From assembly GCF_009914755.1 (NCBI RefSeq), contig NC_060948.1: a DNA stretch of 64,000 nucleotides; one strand, given 5' to 3'. This document shows, piece after piece, positions 18,455-37,805 of the stretch. The position numbers were made by a program, and so were the translations under genes. The DNA comes from the human T2T-CHM13v2.0 reference genome, Homo sapiens. Within the stretch, counting starts at the first letter, position 1; every line of letters starts with the position of its first letter. The notes beneath the pieces were generated by a model, which did not search any database, was not told the DNA's origin, and saw only the letters and a list, made by a program, of their open reading frames with translations.

Positions 18455-20582
18455 AGATCCATATTTTTTAAATGAAAAAAAATTTCAAAGGTACTCTGCT
18501 TAGTACAATAATCAAATATATAAACTGAGGAACAAAACATAACCATGAAAGCTACTTATAACTGCATATGGAAAATACAGAGGATAACTTTTTAAATAAC
18601 ATATTTTGAAAGGCTTAACTAGTAATTTGAAGAGTTGGCATTTGAAAGGCCAGTATGAATATACCTTCAAAGCAGCAACACAGGTTCCCCATGAGAAAAA
18701 CCAAACTCAGGGAAAATAAAACCACAAAGGTTCAATCTCTTCTGACCTTTGAAAGACACAGCACAGACAGTGGTCCTTAGGACGAAGAGCAGGAGACCCC
18801 TAATTCCGTCACCGTGGCGATAGGGCATAAACATTGCTGGGTGAGGGCACAATCCACATTGTGAGGTCCAACTGCTGCCAGGAAGACAGGAGTGCTTTTA
18901 CATAGACCGAAAGGTCATTGAAGGCTCAGAGTTTTGTTTCAAGAACTGAATCCCAAACCCACACGTTATTAGGCTGCGCTTCTTAAAACAAGTTATGAGA
19001 TGGGAAAAAGGGCACCCACAAACATACGTATACATTATGTATATAATAATATACAGTATCATATATATAATATATATAACCTATGTATAATATTGTTTTA
19101 CATCCTGCATCTTATATTATATATATTGTATAAAATATAATAATTGATAATATATAAGTTTTATATTTATACAATAAGTCATATAGTATATATTATATTT
19201 TATGACATATATAATATATGTTATATATCATATATAGAATATATTATACGGTTAATATACGTATTAAATATAAATTATACATTATATATATTATATATAA
19301 TATATCTGTTATATATAATACCCATTATGCATAATATATATATTATGTCTATGTTATATATAGTATAAAACAACATATAATAATATATAATTGTATATAG
19401 AAAACGCGACATATAATATATATTATATTTTATGACATATGTAATATATATTATATATTATATAAAATACGTTGTATGTATAATACCTATATTAAATATA
19501 TATTATATGACTATGTTATTAATTACATGTCACATATGTTATATATTATATATTTTACATAGAATATACCGGTTACATACAATATATACTATGTTACCTA
19601 TAATGTATAATTGATTACATGTAAAATAAAGAATGCAATATATTATGTATAATTTATAATATACAATATGTGGAATGTGATATATATAACATATAATATA
19701 TGATATATGATATACAGTATATGATAATTAACATACAATATATGATACCTAATATATATGGTATACAATATATATTTTATGATATGTATTCTCTATGTTT
19801 TATATTCTGTTATATATAACTATTTGAAATTATATATAACTGTATAATATTTTATGTAAATATGTAATATAATATATATAACTATATAATATATTATATA
19901 TAAGTATATATTATGTTATATATACTTTTATAACATAATTTGCATAAAATATCATAATATAATATATATTATATTATTTCACATTACATAATATATATTA
20001 CATATCACCCAATATAAGTAACATACATAATATTATAATATAGATTATATTATGTTATATTAAATATCATATATATCATGTATCATATATCCTATAATAT
20101 ATATTACACATTATATAATATGTATGTTGTCTATTATGTGATATATATAACTATATATATAATTATATTATTATACATATAACTAGATAAACATGTAATT
20201 CTACATAATTTCATTTATAATATATAGAATTATATAATCATATATAATTATTTATATTCTATAAAAAATTATATCATTATATAAATTATAATATAAAAAA
20301 ATTATAATATGTACTACAAATATATATATTATATATCATATATGATATAGTACCTTTGTTATATATCATAATACATATAAATGTGTATTATGTTATCTAT
20401 AATTATATAATTTCATATATAAGTTGTATAATATGTATTATATATTGTCTATGTTATGTAATATATATAGTATATATAAGCTGACACAGGATAAATATTA
20501 TATACTATGACATATAAAATATATGAGGTTATATGTTACATATAAGGCATAGCACATAACATGTAATATATATCATATATAA

Positions 20583-20874
<292 letters not shown>

Positions 20875-22977
20875 AGATCCATATTTTTTAAATGAAAAAA
20901 AATTTCAAAGGTACTCTGCTTGGTACAATAATCAAATGTATAAACTGAGGAATAAAACATAACCATGAAACCTACTTATAACTGCATATGGAAAATACAG
21001 AGGATAATTTTTTAAATAACATATTTTGAAAGCCTTAAGTAGTAATTTGAAGAGTTGGCATTTGAAAGGCCAGTATGAATATACCTTCAAAGCAGCAACA
21101 CAGGTTCCCCATGAGAAAAAGCAAACTCAGGGAAAATAAAACCACAAAGGTTCAATCTCTTCTGACCTTTGAAAGACACAGCACAGACAGTGGTCCTTAG
21201 GACGAAGAGCAGGAGACCCCTAATTCCGTCACCATGGCGATAGGGCATAAACACTGCTGGGTGAGGGCACAATCCACATTGTGAGGTCCAACTGCTGCCA
21301 GGAAGACAGGAGTGCTTTTACATAGACCGAAAGGTCATTGAAGGCTCAGAGTTTTGTTTCAAGAACTGAATCCCAAGCCCACACGTTATTAGGCTGCGCT
21401 TCTTAAAACAAGTTATGAGATGGGAAAAAGGGCACCCACAAACATACGTATACATTATGTATATAATAATATACAGTATCATATATATAATATATATAAC
21501 CTATGTATAATATGGTTTTACATCCTGCATCTTATATTATATATATTGTATAAAATATAATTATTGATAATATATAAATTTTATATTTATACAATATGAC
21601 ATATAGTATATATTATAATTTATGACATATATAATATATGTTATATATCATATATAGAATATATTATACGGTTAATATACGTATTAAATATAAATTATAC
21701 ATTATATATATTATATATAATATTTCTGTTATATATAATACCCATTATGCATAATATATATATTATGTGTATGTTATATATAGTATAAAACAACATATAA
21801 TAATATATAATTGTATATATAAAATGCGACATATAATATATATTATATTTTATGACATATGTTATAAATATTATATATTATATATAATACGTTGCATGTA
21901 TAATACCTATATTAAATATATATTATATGACTATGTTATTAATTACATGTCACATATGTTATATATTATATATTTTACATAGAATATACCGGTTACTTAC
22001 AATATATAATATGTTACCTATAATGTATAATATATTACATGTAAAATAAAGAATGCAATATATTATGTGTAATTTATAATATACAATATGTGGAATGTGA
22101 TATATATAACATATAATATATGATATATGATATACAGTATATGATATATAACATAGAATATATGATACATAATATATATGGTATACAATATATATTTTAT
22201 GATATGTATTCTATATGTTTTATATTCTGTTATATATAACTATTTGAAATTATATATAACAGTATAATATTTTATGTAAATATGTAATATAATATATAAC
22301 TATGTAATATATTATATATAGCTATATATTATGTTATATATACTTTTATAACATAATTTACATAAAATATCATAATATAATATATATTATATTATTTCAT
22401 ATTACATAATATATATTACATATCACCCAATATAAGTAACATACATAATATTATAATATAGATTATATTATGTTATATTAAATATCATATATATCATGTA
22501 TCATATATTCTATAATATATATTATACATTATATAATATGTATGTTGTCTATTATGTGATATATATAACTATATATATAATTATATTATTATACATATAA
22601 CTAGATAAACATGTAATTCTACATATTTTCATTTATAATATATAGAATTATATAATCATATATAATTATTTATATTCTATAAAAAATTATAGCTTTATAT
22701 AAATTATAATATATAAAAATTATAATATGTACTACAAATATATATATTGTATATCATATATGATATAGTGCCTTTGTTATATATGATAATACATATAAAT
22801 GTGTATTATGTTATCTATAATTATATAATTTCATATATAAGATGTATAATATTTATTATATATTATATATGTTATGTAATATATATAGTATATATAAGAT
22901 GACACAGGATAAATATTATATACTATGACATATAAAATATATGAGGTTATATGTTACATATAAGGCATAGCACATAA

Positions 22978-23292
<315 letters not shown>

Positions 23293-25392
23293 AGATCCAT
23301 ATTTTGTAAATGAAAAAAAATTTCAAAGGTACTCTGCTTGGTACAATAATCAAATGTATAAACTGAGGAATAAAACATAACCATGAAACCTACTTATAAC
23401 TGCATATGGAAAATACAGAGGATAATTTTTTAAATAACATATTTTGAAAGCCTTAACTAGTAATTTGAAGAGTTGGCATTTGACAGGCCAGTATGAATAT
23501 ACCTTCAAAGCAGCAACACAGGTTCCCCATGAGAAAAAGCAAACTCAGGGAAAATAAAACCACAAAGGTTCAATCTCTTCTGACCTTTGAAAGACACAGC
23601 ACAGACAGTGGTCCTTAGGACGAAGAGCAGGAGACCCCTAATTCCGTCACCATGGCGATAGGGCATAAACACTGCTGGGTGAGGGCACAATCCACATTGT
23701 GAGGTCCAACTGCTGCCAGGAAGACAGGAGTGCATTTACATAGACCGAAAGGTCATTGAAGGCTCAGAGTTTTGTTTCAAGAACTGAATCCCAAGCCCAC
23801 ACGTTATTAGGCTGCGCTTCTTAAAACAAGTTATGAGATGGGAAAAAGGGCACCCACAAACATACGTATACATTATGTATATAATAATATACAGTATCAT
23901 ATATATAATATATATAACCTATGTATAATATTGTTTTACATCCTGCATCTTATATTATATATATTGTGTAAAATATAATAATTGATAATATATAAGTTTT
24001 ATATTTATACAATATGACATATAGTATATATTATAATTTATGACATATATAATATATGTTATATATAATATATAGAAAATATTATACGGTTAATATACGT
24101 ATTAAATATAAATTATACATTATATATATTATATAAAATATATCTGCTATATATAATACCCATTATGCATAATATATATATTATGTCTATGTTATGTATA
24201 GTATAAAACAACATATAATAATATATAATTGTATATATAAAATGCGACATATAATATATATTATATTTTATGACATCTGTAATATATATTATATATTATA
24301 TATAATACGTTGTATGTATAATACCTATATTAAATATATATTATATGACTATGTTATTAATTACATGTCACATATGTTATATATTATATATTTTACAAAG
24401 AATATACCGGTTACATACAATATATACTATGTTACCTATAAGGTATAATTTATTACATGTAAAATAAAGAATGCAATATATTATGTGTAATTTATAATAT
24501 ACAATATGTGGAATGTGATATATATAACATATAATATATGATATATGATATACAGTATATGATATATAACATACAATATATGATACCTAATATATATGGT
24601 ATACAATATATATTTTATGATATGTATTCTATATGTTTTATATTCTGTTATATATAACTATTTGAAATTATATATAACTGTATAATATTTTATGTAAATA
24701 TGTAATATAATATATATAACTATATAATATATTATATATAACTATATATTATGTTATATATACTTTTATAACTTAATTTACATAAAATATCATAGTATAA
24801 TATATATTATATTACTTCATATTACATAATATATATTACATATCACCCAATATAAGTAACATACATAATATTATAATATACATTATATTATGTTATATTA
24901 AATATCATATATATCATGTATCATATATTCTATAATATATATTATACATTATATAATATGCATGTTGTCTATTATGTGATATATATAACTATATATATAA
25001 TTATATTATTATACATATATCTAGATAAACATGTAATTCTACATATTTTCATTTATAATATATAGAATTACATAATCATATATAATTATATTCTATAAAA
25101 ATTATATCATTATATAAATTATAATATATAAAAATTATAATATGTACTACAAATATATATATTATATATCATATATGATATAGTACCTTTGTTATATATC
25201 ATAATACACATAAATATGTATTATGTTATCTATAATTATATAATTTCATATATAAGATGTATAATATGTGTTATATATTATATATGTTATGTAATATATA
25301 TAGTATATATAAGATGACACAGGATAAATATTATATACTATGACATATAAAATATATGAGGTTATATGTTACATATAAGGCATAGCACATAA

Positions 25393-25707
<315 letters not shown>

Positions 25708-27835
25708 AGATCCATATTTTTTAAATGAAAAAAAATTTCAAAGGTACTCTGCTTGGTACAATAATCAAATGTATAAACTGAGGAATAAAACATAACCATG
25801 AAACCTACTTATAACTGCATATGGAAAATACAGAGGATAATTTTTTAAATAACATATTTTGAAAGCCTTAACTAGTAATTTGAAGAGTTGGCATTTGAAA
25901 GGCCAGTATGAATATACATTCAAAGCAGCAACACAGGTTCCCCATGAGAAAAAGCAAACTCAGGGAAAATAAAACCACAAAGGTTCAAGCTCTTCTGACC
26001 TTTGAAAGACACAGCACAGACAGTGGTCCTTAGGACGAAGAGCAGGAGACCCCTAATTCCGTCACCATGGCGATAGGGCATAAACATTGCTGGGTGAGGG
26101 CACAATCCACATTGTGAGGTCCAACTGCTGCCAGGAAGACAGGAGTGCTTTTACATAGACCGAAAGGTCATTGAAGGCTCAGAGTTTTGTTTCAAGAACT
26201 GAATCCCAAGCCCACACGTTATTAGGCTGCGCTTCTTAAAACAAGTTATGAGATGGGAAAAAGGGCACCCACAAACATACGTATACATTATGTATATAAT
26301 AATATACAGTATCATATATATAATATATATAACCTATGTATAATATTGTTTTACATCCTGCATCTTATATTATATATATTGTATAAAATATAATAATTGA
26401 TAATATATAAGTTTTATATTTATACAATATGACATATAGTATATATTATAATTTATGACATATATTATATATGTTATATATCATATATAGAATATATTAT
26501 ACGGTTAATATACGTATTAAATATAAATTATACATTATATATATTATATATAATATATCTGCTATATATAATACCCATTATGCATAATATATATATTATG
26601 TCTATGTTATGTATAGTATAAAACAACATATAATAATATATAATTGTATATATAAAATGCGACATATAATATATATTATATTTTATGACATATGTAATAT
26701 ATATTATATATTATATATAATACGTTGTATGTATAATACCTATATTAAATTTATATTATATGACTATGTTATTAATTACATGTCACATATGTTATATATT
26801 ATATATTTTACATAGAATGTACCGGTTACATACAATATATACTATGTTACCTATAATGTATAATTTATTACATGTAAAATAAAGAATGCAATATATTATG
26901 TATAATTTATAATATACAATATGTGGAATGTGATATATATAACATATAATATATGATATATGATATACAGTATATGATATATAACATACAATATATGATA
27001 CCTAACATATATGGTATACAATATATATTTTATGATATGTATTCTCCATGTTTTATATTCTGTTATATATAACTATTTGAAATTATATATAACTTTGTAA
27101 TATTTTATGTAAATATGTAATATAATATATATAACTATATAATATATTATATATAACTATATATTATGTTATATATACTTTTATAACATAATTTACATAA
27201 AATATCATAATATAATATATATTATATTATTTCATATTACATAATATATATTACATATCACCCAATATAAGTAACATACATAATATTATAATATAGATTA
27301 TATTATGTTATATTAAATATCATATATATCATGTGTCATATATTCTATAATATATATTATACATTATATAATATGTATGTTGTCTATTATGTGATATATA
27401 TAACTATATATATAATTATATTATTATACATATAACTAGATAAATATGTAATTCTACATATTTTCATTTATACTATATAGAATTATATAATCATATATAA
27501 TTATTTATATTCTATAAAAAATTATATCATTATATAAATTATAATATATAAAAATTATAATATGTACTACAAATATATATATTATATATCATATATGATA
27601 TAGTACCTTTGTTATATATCATAATACATATAAATGTGTATTATGTTATCTATAATTATATAATTTCATATATAAGATGTATAATATGTGTTATATATTA
27701 TATATGTTATGTAATAAATATAGTATATATAAGATGACACAGGATAAATATTATATACTATGACATACAAAATATATGAGGTTATATGTTACATATAAGG
27801 CATAGCACATAACATGTAATATATATCATCTATAA

Positions 27836-28127
<292 letters not shown>

Positions 28128-30230
28128 AGATCCATATTTTTTAAATGAAAAAAAATTTCAAAGGTACTCTGCTTGGTACAATAATCAAATGTATAAACTG
28201 AGGAATAAAACATAACCATGAAACCTACTTATAACTGCATATGGAAAATACAGAGGATAATTTTTTAAATAACATATTTTGAAAGCCTTAACTAGTAATT
28301 TGAAGACTTGGCATTTGAAAGGCCAGTATGAATATACCTTCAAAGCAGCAACACAGGTTCCCCATGAGAAAAAGCAAACTCAGGGAAAATAAAACCACAA
28401 AGGTTCAATCTCTTCTGACCTTTGAAAGACACAGCACAGACAGTGGTCCTTAGGACGAAGAGCAGGAGACCCCTAATTCCGTCACCATGGCGATAGGGCA
28501 TAAACATTGCTGGGTGAGGGCACAATCCACATTGTGAGGTCCAACTGCTGCCAGGAAGACAGGAGTGCTTTTACATAGACCGAAAGGTCATTGAAGGCTC
28601 AGAGTTTTGTTTCAAGAACTGAATCCCAAGCCCACACGTTATTAGGCTGCGCTTCTTAAAACAAGTTATGAGATGGGAAAAAGGGCACCCACAAACATAC
28701 GTATACATTATGTATATAATAATATACAGTATCATATATATAATATATATAACCTATGTATAATATTGTTTTACATCCTGCATCTTATATTATGTATATT
28801 GTATAAAATATAATAATTGATAATATATAAGTTTTATATTTATACAATATGACATATAGTATATATTATAATTTATGACATATATTATATATGTTATATA
28901 TCATATATAGAATATATTATACGGTTAATATACGCATTAAATATAAATTATACATTATATATATTATATATAATATATCTGCTATATATAATACCCATTA
29001 TGCATAATATATATATTATGTCTATGTTATATATAGTATAAAACAACATATAATAATATATAATTATATATATAAAATGCGACATATAATATATATTATA
29101 TTTTATGACATATGTAATATATATTATATATTATATATAATACGTTGTATGTATAATACCTATATTAAATATATATTATATGACTATGTTATTAATTACA
29201 TGTCACATATGTTATATATTATATATTTTACATAGAATGTACCGGTTACATGCAATATATACTATGTTACCTATAATGTATAATTTATTACATGTAAAAT
29301 AAAGAATGCAATATATTATGTATAATTTATAATATACAATATGTGGAATGTGATATATATAACATATAATATATGATATATGATATACAGTATGTGATAT
29401 ATAACCTACAATATATGATACCTAACATATATGGTATACAATATATATTTTATGATATGTATTCTCTATGTTTTATATTCTGTTATATATAACTATTTGA
29501 TATTATATATAACTGTGTAATATTTTATGTAAATATGTAATATAATATATATAACTATATAATATATTATATATAACTATATATTTTGTTATATATACTT
29601 TTATAACATAATTTACATAAAATATCATAATATAATATATATTATATTATTTCATATTACATAATATATATTACATATCACCCAATATAAGTAACATACA
29701 TAATATTATAATATAGATTATATTATGTTATATTAAATCTCATATATATCATGTATCATATATTCTATAATATATATTATACATTATATAATATGTATGT
29801 TGTCTATTATGTGATATATATAACTATATATATAATTATATTATTATACATATAACTAGATAAACATGTAATTCTACATGTTTTCATTTATAATATATAG
29901 AATTATATAATCATATATAATTATTTATATTCTATAAAAAATTATATCATTATATAAATTATAATATATAAAAATTATAATATGTACTACAAATATATAT
30001 TATATATCATATATGATATAGTACCTTTGTTATATATCATAATACACATAAATGTGTATTATGTTATCTATAATTATATAATTTCATATATAACATGTAT
30101 AATATGTGTTATATATTATATATGTTATGTAATATATATAGTATATATAAGATGACACAGGATAAATATTATATACTATGACATACAAAATATATGAGGT
30201 TATATGTTACATATAAGGCATAGCACATAA

Positions 30231-30545
<315 letters not shown>

Positions 30546-32673
30546 AGATCCATATTTTTTAAATGAAAAAAAATTTCAAAGGTACTCTGCTTGGTACAAT
30601 AATCAAATGTATAAACTGAGGAATAAAACATAACCATGAAACCTACTTATAACTGCATATGGAAAATACAGAGGATAATTTTTTAAATAACATATTTTGA
30701 AAGCCTTAACTAGTAATTTGAAGAGTTGGCATTTGAAAGGCCAGTATGAATATACCTTCAAAGCAGCAACACAGGTTCCCCATGAGAAAAAGCAAACTCA
30801 GGGAAAATAAAACCACAAAGGTTCAATCTCTTCTGACCTTTGAAAGACACAGCACAGACAGTGGTCCTTAGGACGAAGAGCAGGAGACCCCTAATTCCGT
30901 CACCATGGCGATAGGGCATAAACATTGCTGGGTGAGGGCACAATCCACATTGTGAGGTCCAACTGCTGCCAGGAAGACAGGAGTGCTTTTACATAGACCG
31001 AAAGGTCATTGAAGGCTCAGAGTTTTGTTTCAAGAACTGAATCCCAAGCCCACACGTTATTAGGCTGCACTTCTTAAAACAAGTTATGAGATGGGAAAAA
31101 GGGCACCCACAAACATACGTATACATTATGTATATAATAATATACAGTATCATATATATAATATATATAACCTATGTATAATATTGTTTTACATCCTGCA
31201 TCTTATATTATATATATTGTATAAAATATAATAATTGATAATATATAAGTTTTATATTTATACAATATGACATATAGTATATATTATAATTTATGACATA
31301 TATTATATATGTTATATATCATATATAGAATATATTATACGGTTAATATACGTATTAAATATAAATTATACATTATATATATTATATATAATATATCTGC
31401 TATATATAATACCCATTATGCATAATATATATATTATGTCTATGTTATGTATAGTATAAAACAACATATAATAATATATAATTGTATATATAAAATGCGA
31501 CATATAATATATATTATATTTTATGACATATGTAATATATATTATATATTATATATAATACGTTGTATGTATAATACCTATATTAAATTTATATTATATG
31601 ACTATGTTATTAATTACATGTCACATATGTTATATATTATATATTTTACATAGAATGTACCGGTTACATACAATATATACTATGTTACCTATAATGTATA
31701 ATTTATTACATGTAAAATAAAGAATGCAATATATTATGTATAATTTATAATATACAATATGTGGAATGTGATATATATAACATATAATATATGATATATG
31801 ATATACAGTATATGATATATAACATACAATATATGATACCTAACATATATGGTATACAATATATATTTTATGATATGTATTCTCCATGTTTTATATTCTG
31901 TTATATATAACTATTTGAAATTATATATAACTTTGTAATATTTTATGTAAATATGTAATATAATATATATAACTATATAATATATTATATATAACTATAT
32001 ATTATGTTATATATACTTTTATAACATAATTTACATAAAATATCATAATATAATATATATTATATTATTTCATATTACATAATATATATTACATATCACC
32101 CAATATAAGTAACATACATAATATTATAATATAGATTATATTATGTTATATTAAATATCATATATATCATGTGTCATATATTCTATAATATATATTATAC
32201 ATTATATAATATGTATGTTGTCTATTATGTGATATATATAACTATATATATAATTATATTATTATACATATAACTAGATAAATATGTAATTCTACATATT
32301 TTCATTTATACTATATAGAATTATATAATCATATATAATTATTTATATTCTATAAAAAATTATATCATTATATAAATTATAATATATAAAAATTATAATA
32401 TGTACTACAAATATATATATTATATATCATATATGATATAGTACCTTTGTTATATATCATAATACATATAAATGTGTATTATGTTATCTATAATTATATA
32501 ATTTCATATATAAGATGTATAATATGTGTTATATATTATATATGTTATGTAATAAATATAGTATATATAAGATGACACAGGATAAATATTATATACTATG
32601 ACATACAAAATATATGAGGTTATATGTTACATATAAGGCATAGCACATAACATGTAATATATATCATCTATAA

Positions 32674-32965
<292 letters not shown>

Positions 32966-35093
32966 AGATCCATATTTTTTAAATGAAAAAAAATTTCAAA
33001 GGTACTCTGCTTGGTACAATAATCAAATGTATAAACTGAGGAATAAAACATAACCATGAAACCTACTTATAACTGCATATGGAAAATACAGAGGATAATT
33101 TTTTAAATAACATATTTTGAAAGCCTTAACTAGTAATTTGAAGACTTGGCATTTGAAAGGCCAGTATGAATATACCTTCAAAGCAGCAACACAGGTTCCC
33201 CATGAGAAAAAGCAAACTCAGGGAAAATAAAACCACAAAGGTTCAATCTCTTCTGACCTTTGAAAGACACAGCACAGACAGTGGTCCTTAGGACGAAGAG
33301 CAGGAGACCCCTAATTCCGTCACCATGGCGATAGGGCATAAACATTGCTGGGTGAGGGCACAATCCACATTGTGAGGTCCAACTGCTGCCAGGAAGACAG
33401 GAGTGCTTTTACATAGACCGAAAGGTCATTGAAGGCTCAGAGTTTTGTTTCAAGAACTGAATCCCAAGCCCACACGTTATTAGGCTGCGCTTCTTAAAAC
33501 AAGTTATGAGATGGGAAAAAGGGCACCCACAAACATACGTATACATTATGTATATAATAATATACAGTATCATATATATACTATATATAACCTATGTATA
33601 ATATTGTTTTACATCCTGCATCTTATATTATGTATATTGTATAAAATATAATAATTGATAATATATAAGTTTTATATTTATACAATATGACATATAGTAT
33701 ATATTATAATTTATGACATATATTATATATGTTATATATCATATATAGAATATATTATACGGTTAATATACGCATTAAATATAAATTATACATTATATAT
33801 ATTATATATAATATATCTGCTATATATAATACCCATTATGCATAATATATATATTATGTCTATGTTATATATAGTATAAAACAACATATAATAATATATA
33901 ATTATATATATAAAATGCGACATATAATATATATTATATTTTATGACATATGTAATATATATTATATATTATATATAATACGTTGTATGTATAATACCTA
34001 TATTAAATATATATTATATGACTATGTTATTAATTACATGTCACATATGTTATATATTATATATTTTACATAGAATGTACCGGTTACATACAATATATAC
34101 TATGTTACCTATAATGTATAATTTATTACATGTAAAATAAAGAATGCAATATATTATGTATAATTTATAATATACAATATGTGGAATGTGATATATATAA
34201 CATATAATATATGATATATGATATACAGTATGTGATATATAACCTACAATATATGATACCTAACATATATGGTATACAATATATATTTTATGATATGTAT
34301 TCTCTATGTTTTATATTCTCTTATATATAACTATTTGAAATTATATATAACTGTGTAATATTTTATGTAAATATGTAATATAATATATATAACTATATAA
34401 TATATTATATATAACTATATATTATGTTATATATACTTTTATAACATAATTTACATAAAATATCATAATATAATATATATTATATTATTTCATATTACAT
34501 AATATATATTACATATCACCCAATATAAGTAACATACATAATATTATAATATAGATTATATTATGTTATATTAAATATCATATATATCATGTATCATATA
34601 TTCTATAATATATATTATACATTATATAATATGTATGTTGTCTATTATGTGATATATATAACTATATATATAATTATATTATTATACATATAACTAGATA
34701 AACATGTAATTCTACATGTTTTCATTTAGAATATATAGAATTATATAATCATATATAATTATTTATATTCTATAAAAAATTATATCATTATATAAATTAT
34801 AATATATAAAAATTATAATATGTACTACAAATATATATATTATATTTCATATATGATATAGTACCTTTGTTATATATCATAATACACATAAATGTGTATT
34901 ATGTTATCTATAATTATATAATTTCATATATAAGATGTATAATATGTGTTATATATTATATATGTTATGTATTATATATAGTATATATAAGATGACACAG
35001 GATAAATATTATATACTATGACATATAAAATATATGAGGTTATATGTTACATATAAGGCATAGCACATAACATGTAATATATATCATCTATAA

Positions 35094-35385
35094 TTTTTTT
35101 TTAGACAGAGTCTTGTCCTGTTGCACAGGGTGGAGTACAATGGCGCCATCTTTGCTCACTGCAACATCTGCCTCACGGGTCCAAGCGATTGTCCTCCATC
35201 ACCCTCCCAGGTAGCTGGGACTACACCACACTGGGACTACACCAGCTGCCACCATGCCTAGCTAATTTTTTGGATTTTTAGTAGTGACAGCGTTTCACTG
35301 TATTGGCCAGGATGGTCTTGATCTCTTCGCCTTGTGATCCCCTTGCCTTGGCCTCCAAATTCGCTGGGATTACAGGCCTGAGCCA
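35094..35385 (-). mobile_element. Alu copy U13
   Basis: Same antisense Alu in the tandem unit. Confidence 0.93.
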
Positions 35386-37490
35386 AGATCCATATTTTTT
35401 AAATGAAAAAAAATTTCAAAGGTACTCTGCTTGGTACAATAATCAAATGTATAAACTGAGGAATAAAACATAACCATGAAACCTACTTATAACTGCATAT
35501 GGAAAATACAGAGGATAATTTTTTAAATAACATATTTTGAAAGCCTTAACTAGTAATTTGAAGACTTGGCATTTGAAAGGCCAGTATGAATATACCTTCA
35601 AAGCAGCAACACAGGTTCCCCATGGGAAAAAGCAAACTCAGGGAAAATAAAACCACAAAGGTTCAATCTCTTCTGACCTTTGAAAGACACAGCACAGACA
35701 GTGGTCCTTAGGACGAAGAGCAGGAGACCCCTAATTCCGTCACCATGGCGATAGGGCATAAACACTGCTGGGTGAGGGCACAATCCACATTGTGAGGTCC
35801 AACTGCTGCCAGGAAGACAGGAGTGCTTTTACATAGACCGAAAGGTCATTGAAGGCTCAGAGTTTTGTTTCAAGAACTGAATCCCAAGCCCACACGTTAT
35901 TAGGCTGCGCTTCTTAAAACAAGTTATGAGATGGGAAAAAGGGCACCCACAAACATACGTATACATTATGTATATAATAATATACAGTATCATATATATA
36001 ATATATATAACCTATGTATAATATTGTTTTACATCCTGCATCTTATATTATATACATTGTGTAAAATATAATAATTGATAATATATAAGTTTTATATTTA
36101 TACAATATGACATATAGTATATATTATAATTTATGACATATATAATATATGTTATATATCATATATAGAATATATTATACGGTTAATATACGTATTAAAT
36201 ATAAATTATACATTATATATATTATATATAATATATCTGCTATATATAATACCCATTATGCATAATATATATATTATGTCTATGTTATGTATAGTATAAA
36301 ACAACATATAATAATATATAATTGTATATATAAAATGCGACATATAATATATATTATATTTTATGACATCTGTAATATATATTATATATTTTATATAATA
36401 CGTTGTATGTATAATACCTATATTAAATATATATTATATGACTATGTTATTAATTACATGTCACATATGTTATATATTATATATTTTACATAGAATATAC
36501 CGGTTACATACAATATATACTATGTTACCTATAATGTATAATTTATTACATGTAAAATAAAGAATGCAATATATTATGTGTAATTTATAATATACAATAT
36601 GTGGAATGTGATATATATAACATATAATATATGATATATGATATACAGTATATGATATATAACATACAATATATGATACCTAATATATATGGTATAGAAT
36701 ATATATTTTATGATATGTATTCTATATGTTTTATATTCTGTTATATATAACTATTTCAAATTATATATAACTGTATAATATTTTATGTAAATATGTAATA
36801 TAATATATATAACTATATAATATATTATATATAACTATATATTATGTTATATATACTTTTATAACTTTATTTACATAAAATATCATAGTATAATATATAT
36901 TATATTACTTCATATTACATAATATATATTACATATCACCCAATATAAGTAACATACATAATATTATAATATAGATTATATTATGTTATATTACATATCA
37001 TATATATCATGTGTCATATATTCTATAATATATATTATACATTATATAATATGTATGTTGTCTATTATGTGATATATATAACTATATATATAATTATATT
37101 ATTATACATATAACTAGATAAATATGTAATTCTACATATTTTCATTTATACTATATAGAATTATATAATCATATATAATTATTTATATTCTATAAAAAAT
37201 TATATCATTATATAAATTATAATATATAAAAATTATAACATGTACTACAAATATATATATTATATATCATATATGATATAGTACCTTTGTTATATATCAT
37301 AATACATATAAATGTGTATTATGTTATCTATAATTATATAATTTCATATATAAGATGTATAATATGTGTTATATATTATATATGTTATGTAATATATATA
37401 GTATATATAAGATGACACAGGATAAATATTATATACTATGACATACAAAATATATGAGGTTATATGTTACATATAAGGCATAGCACATAA

Positions 37491-37805
<315 letters not shown>
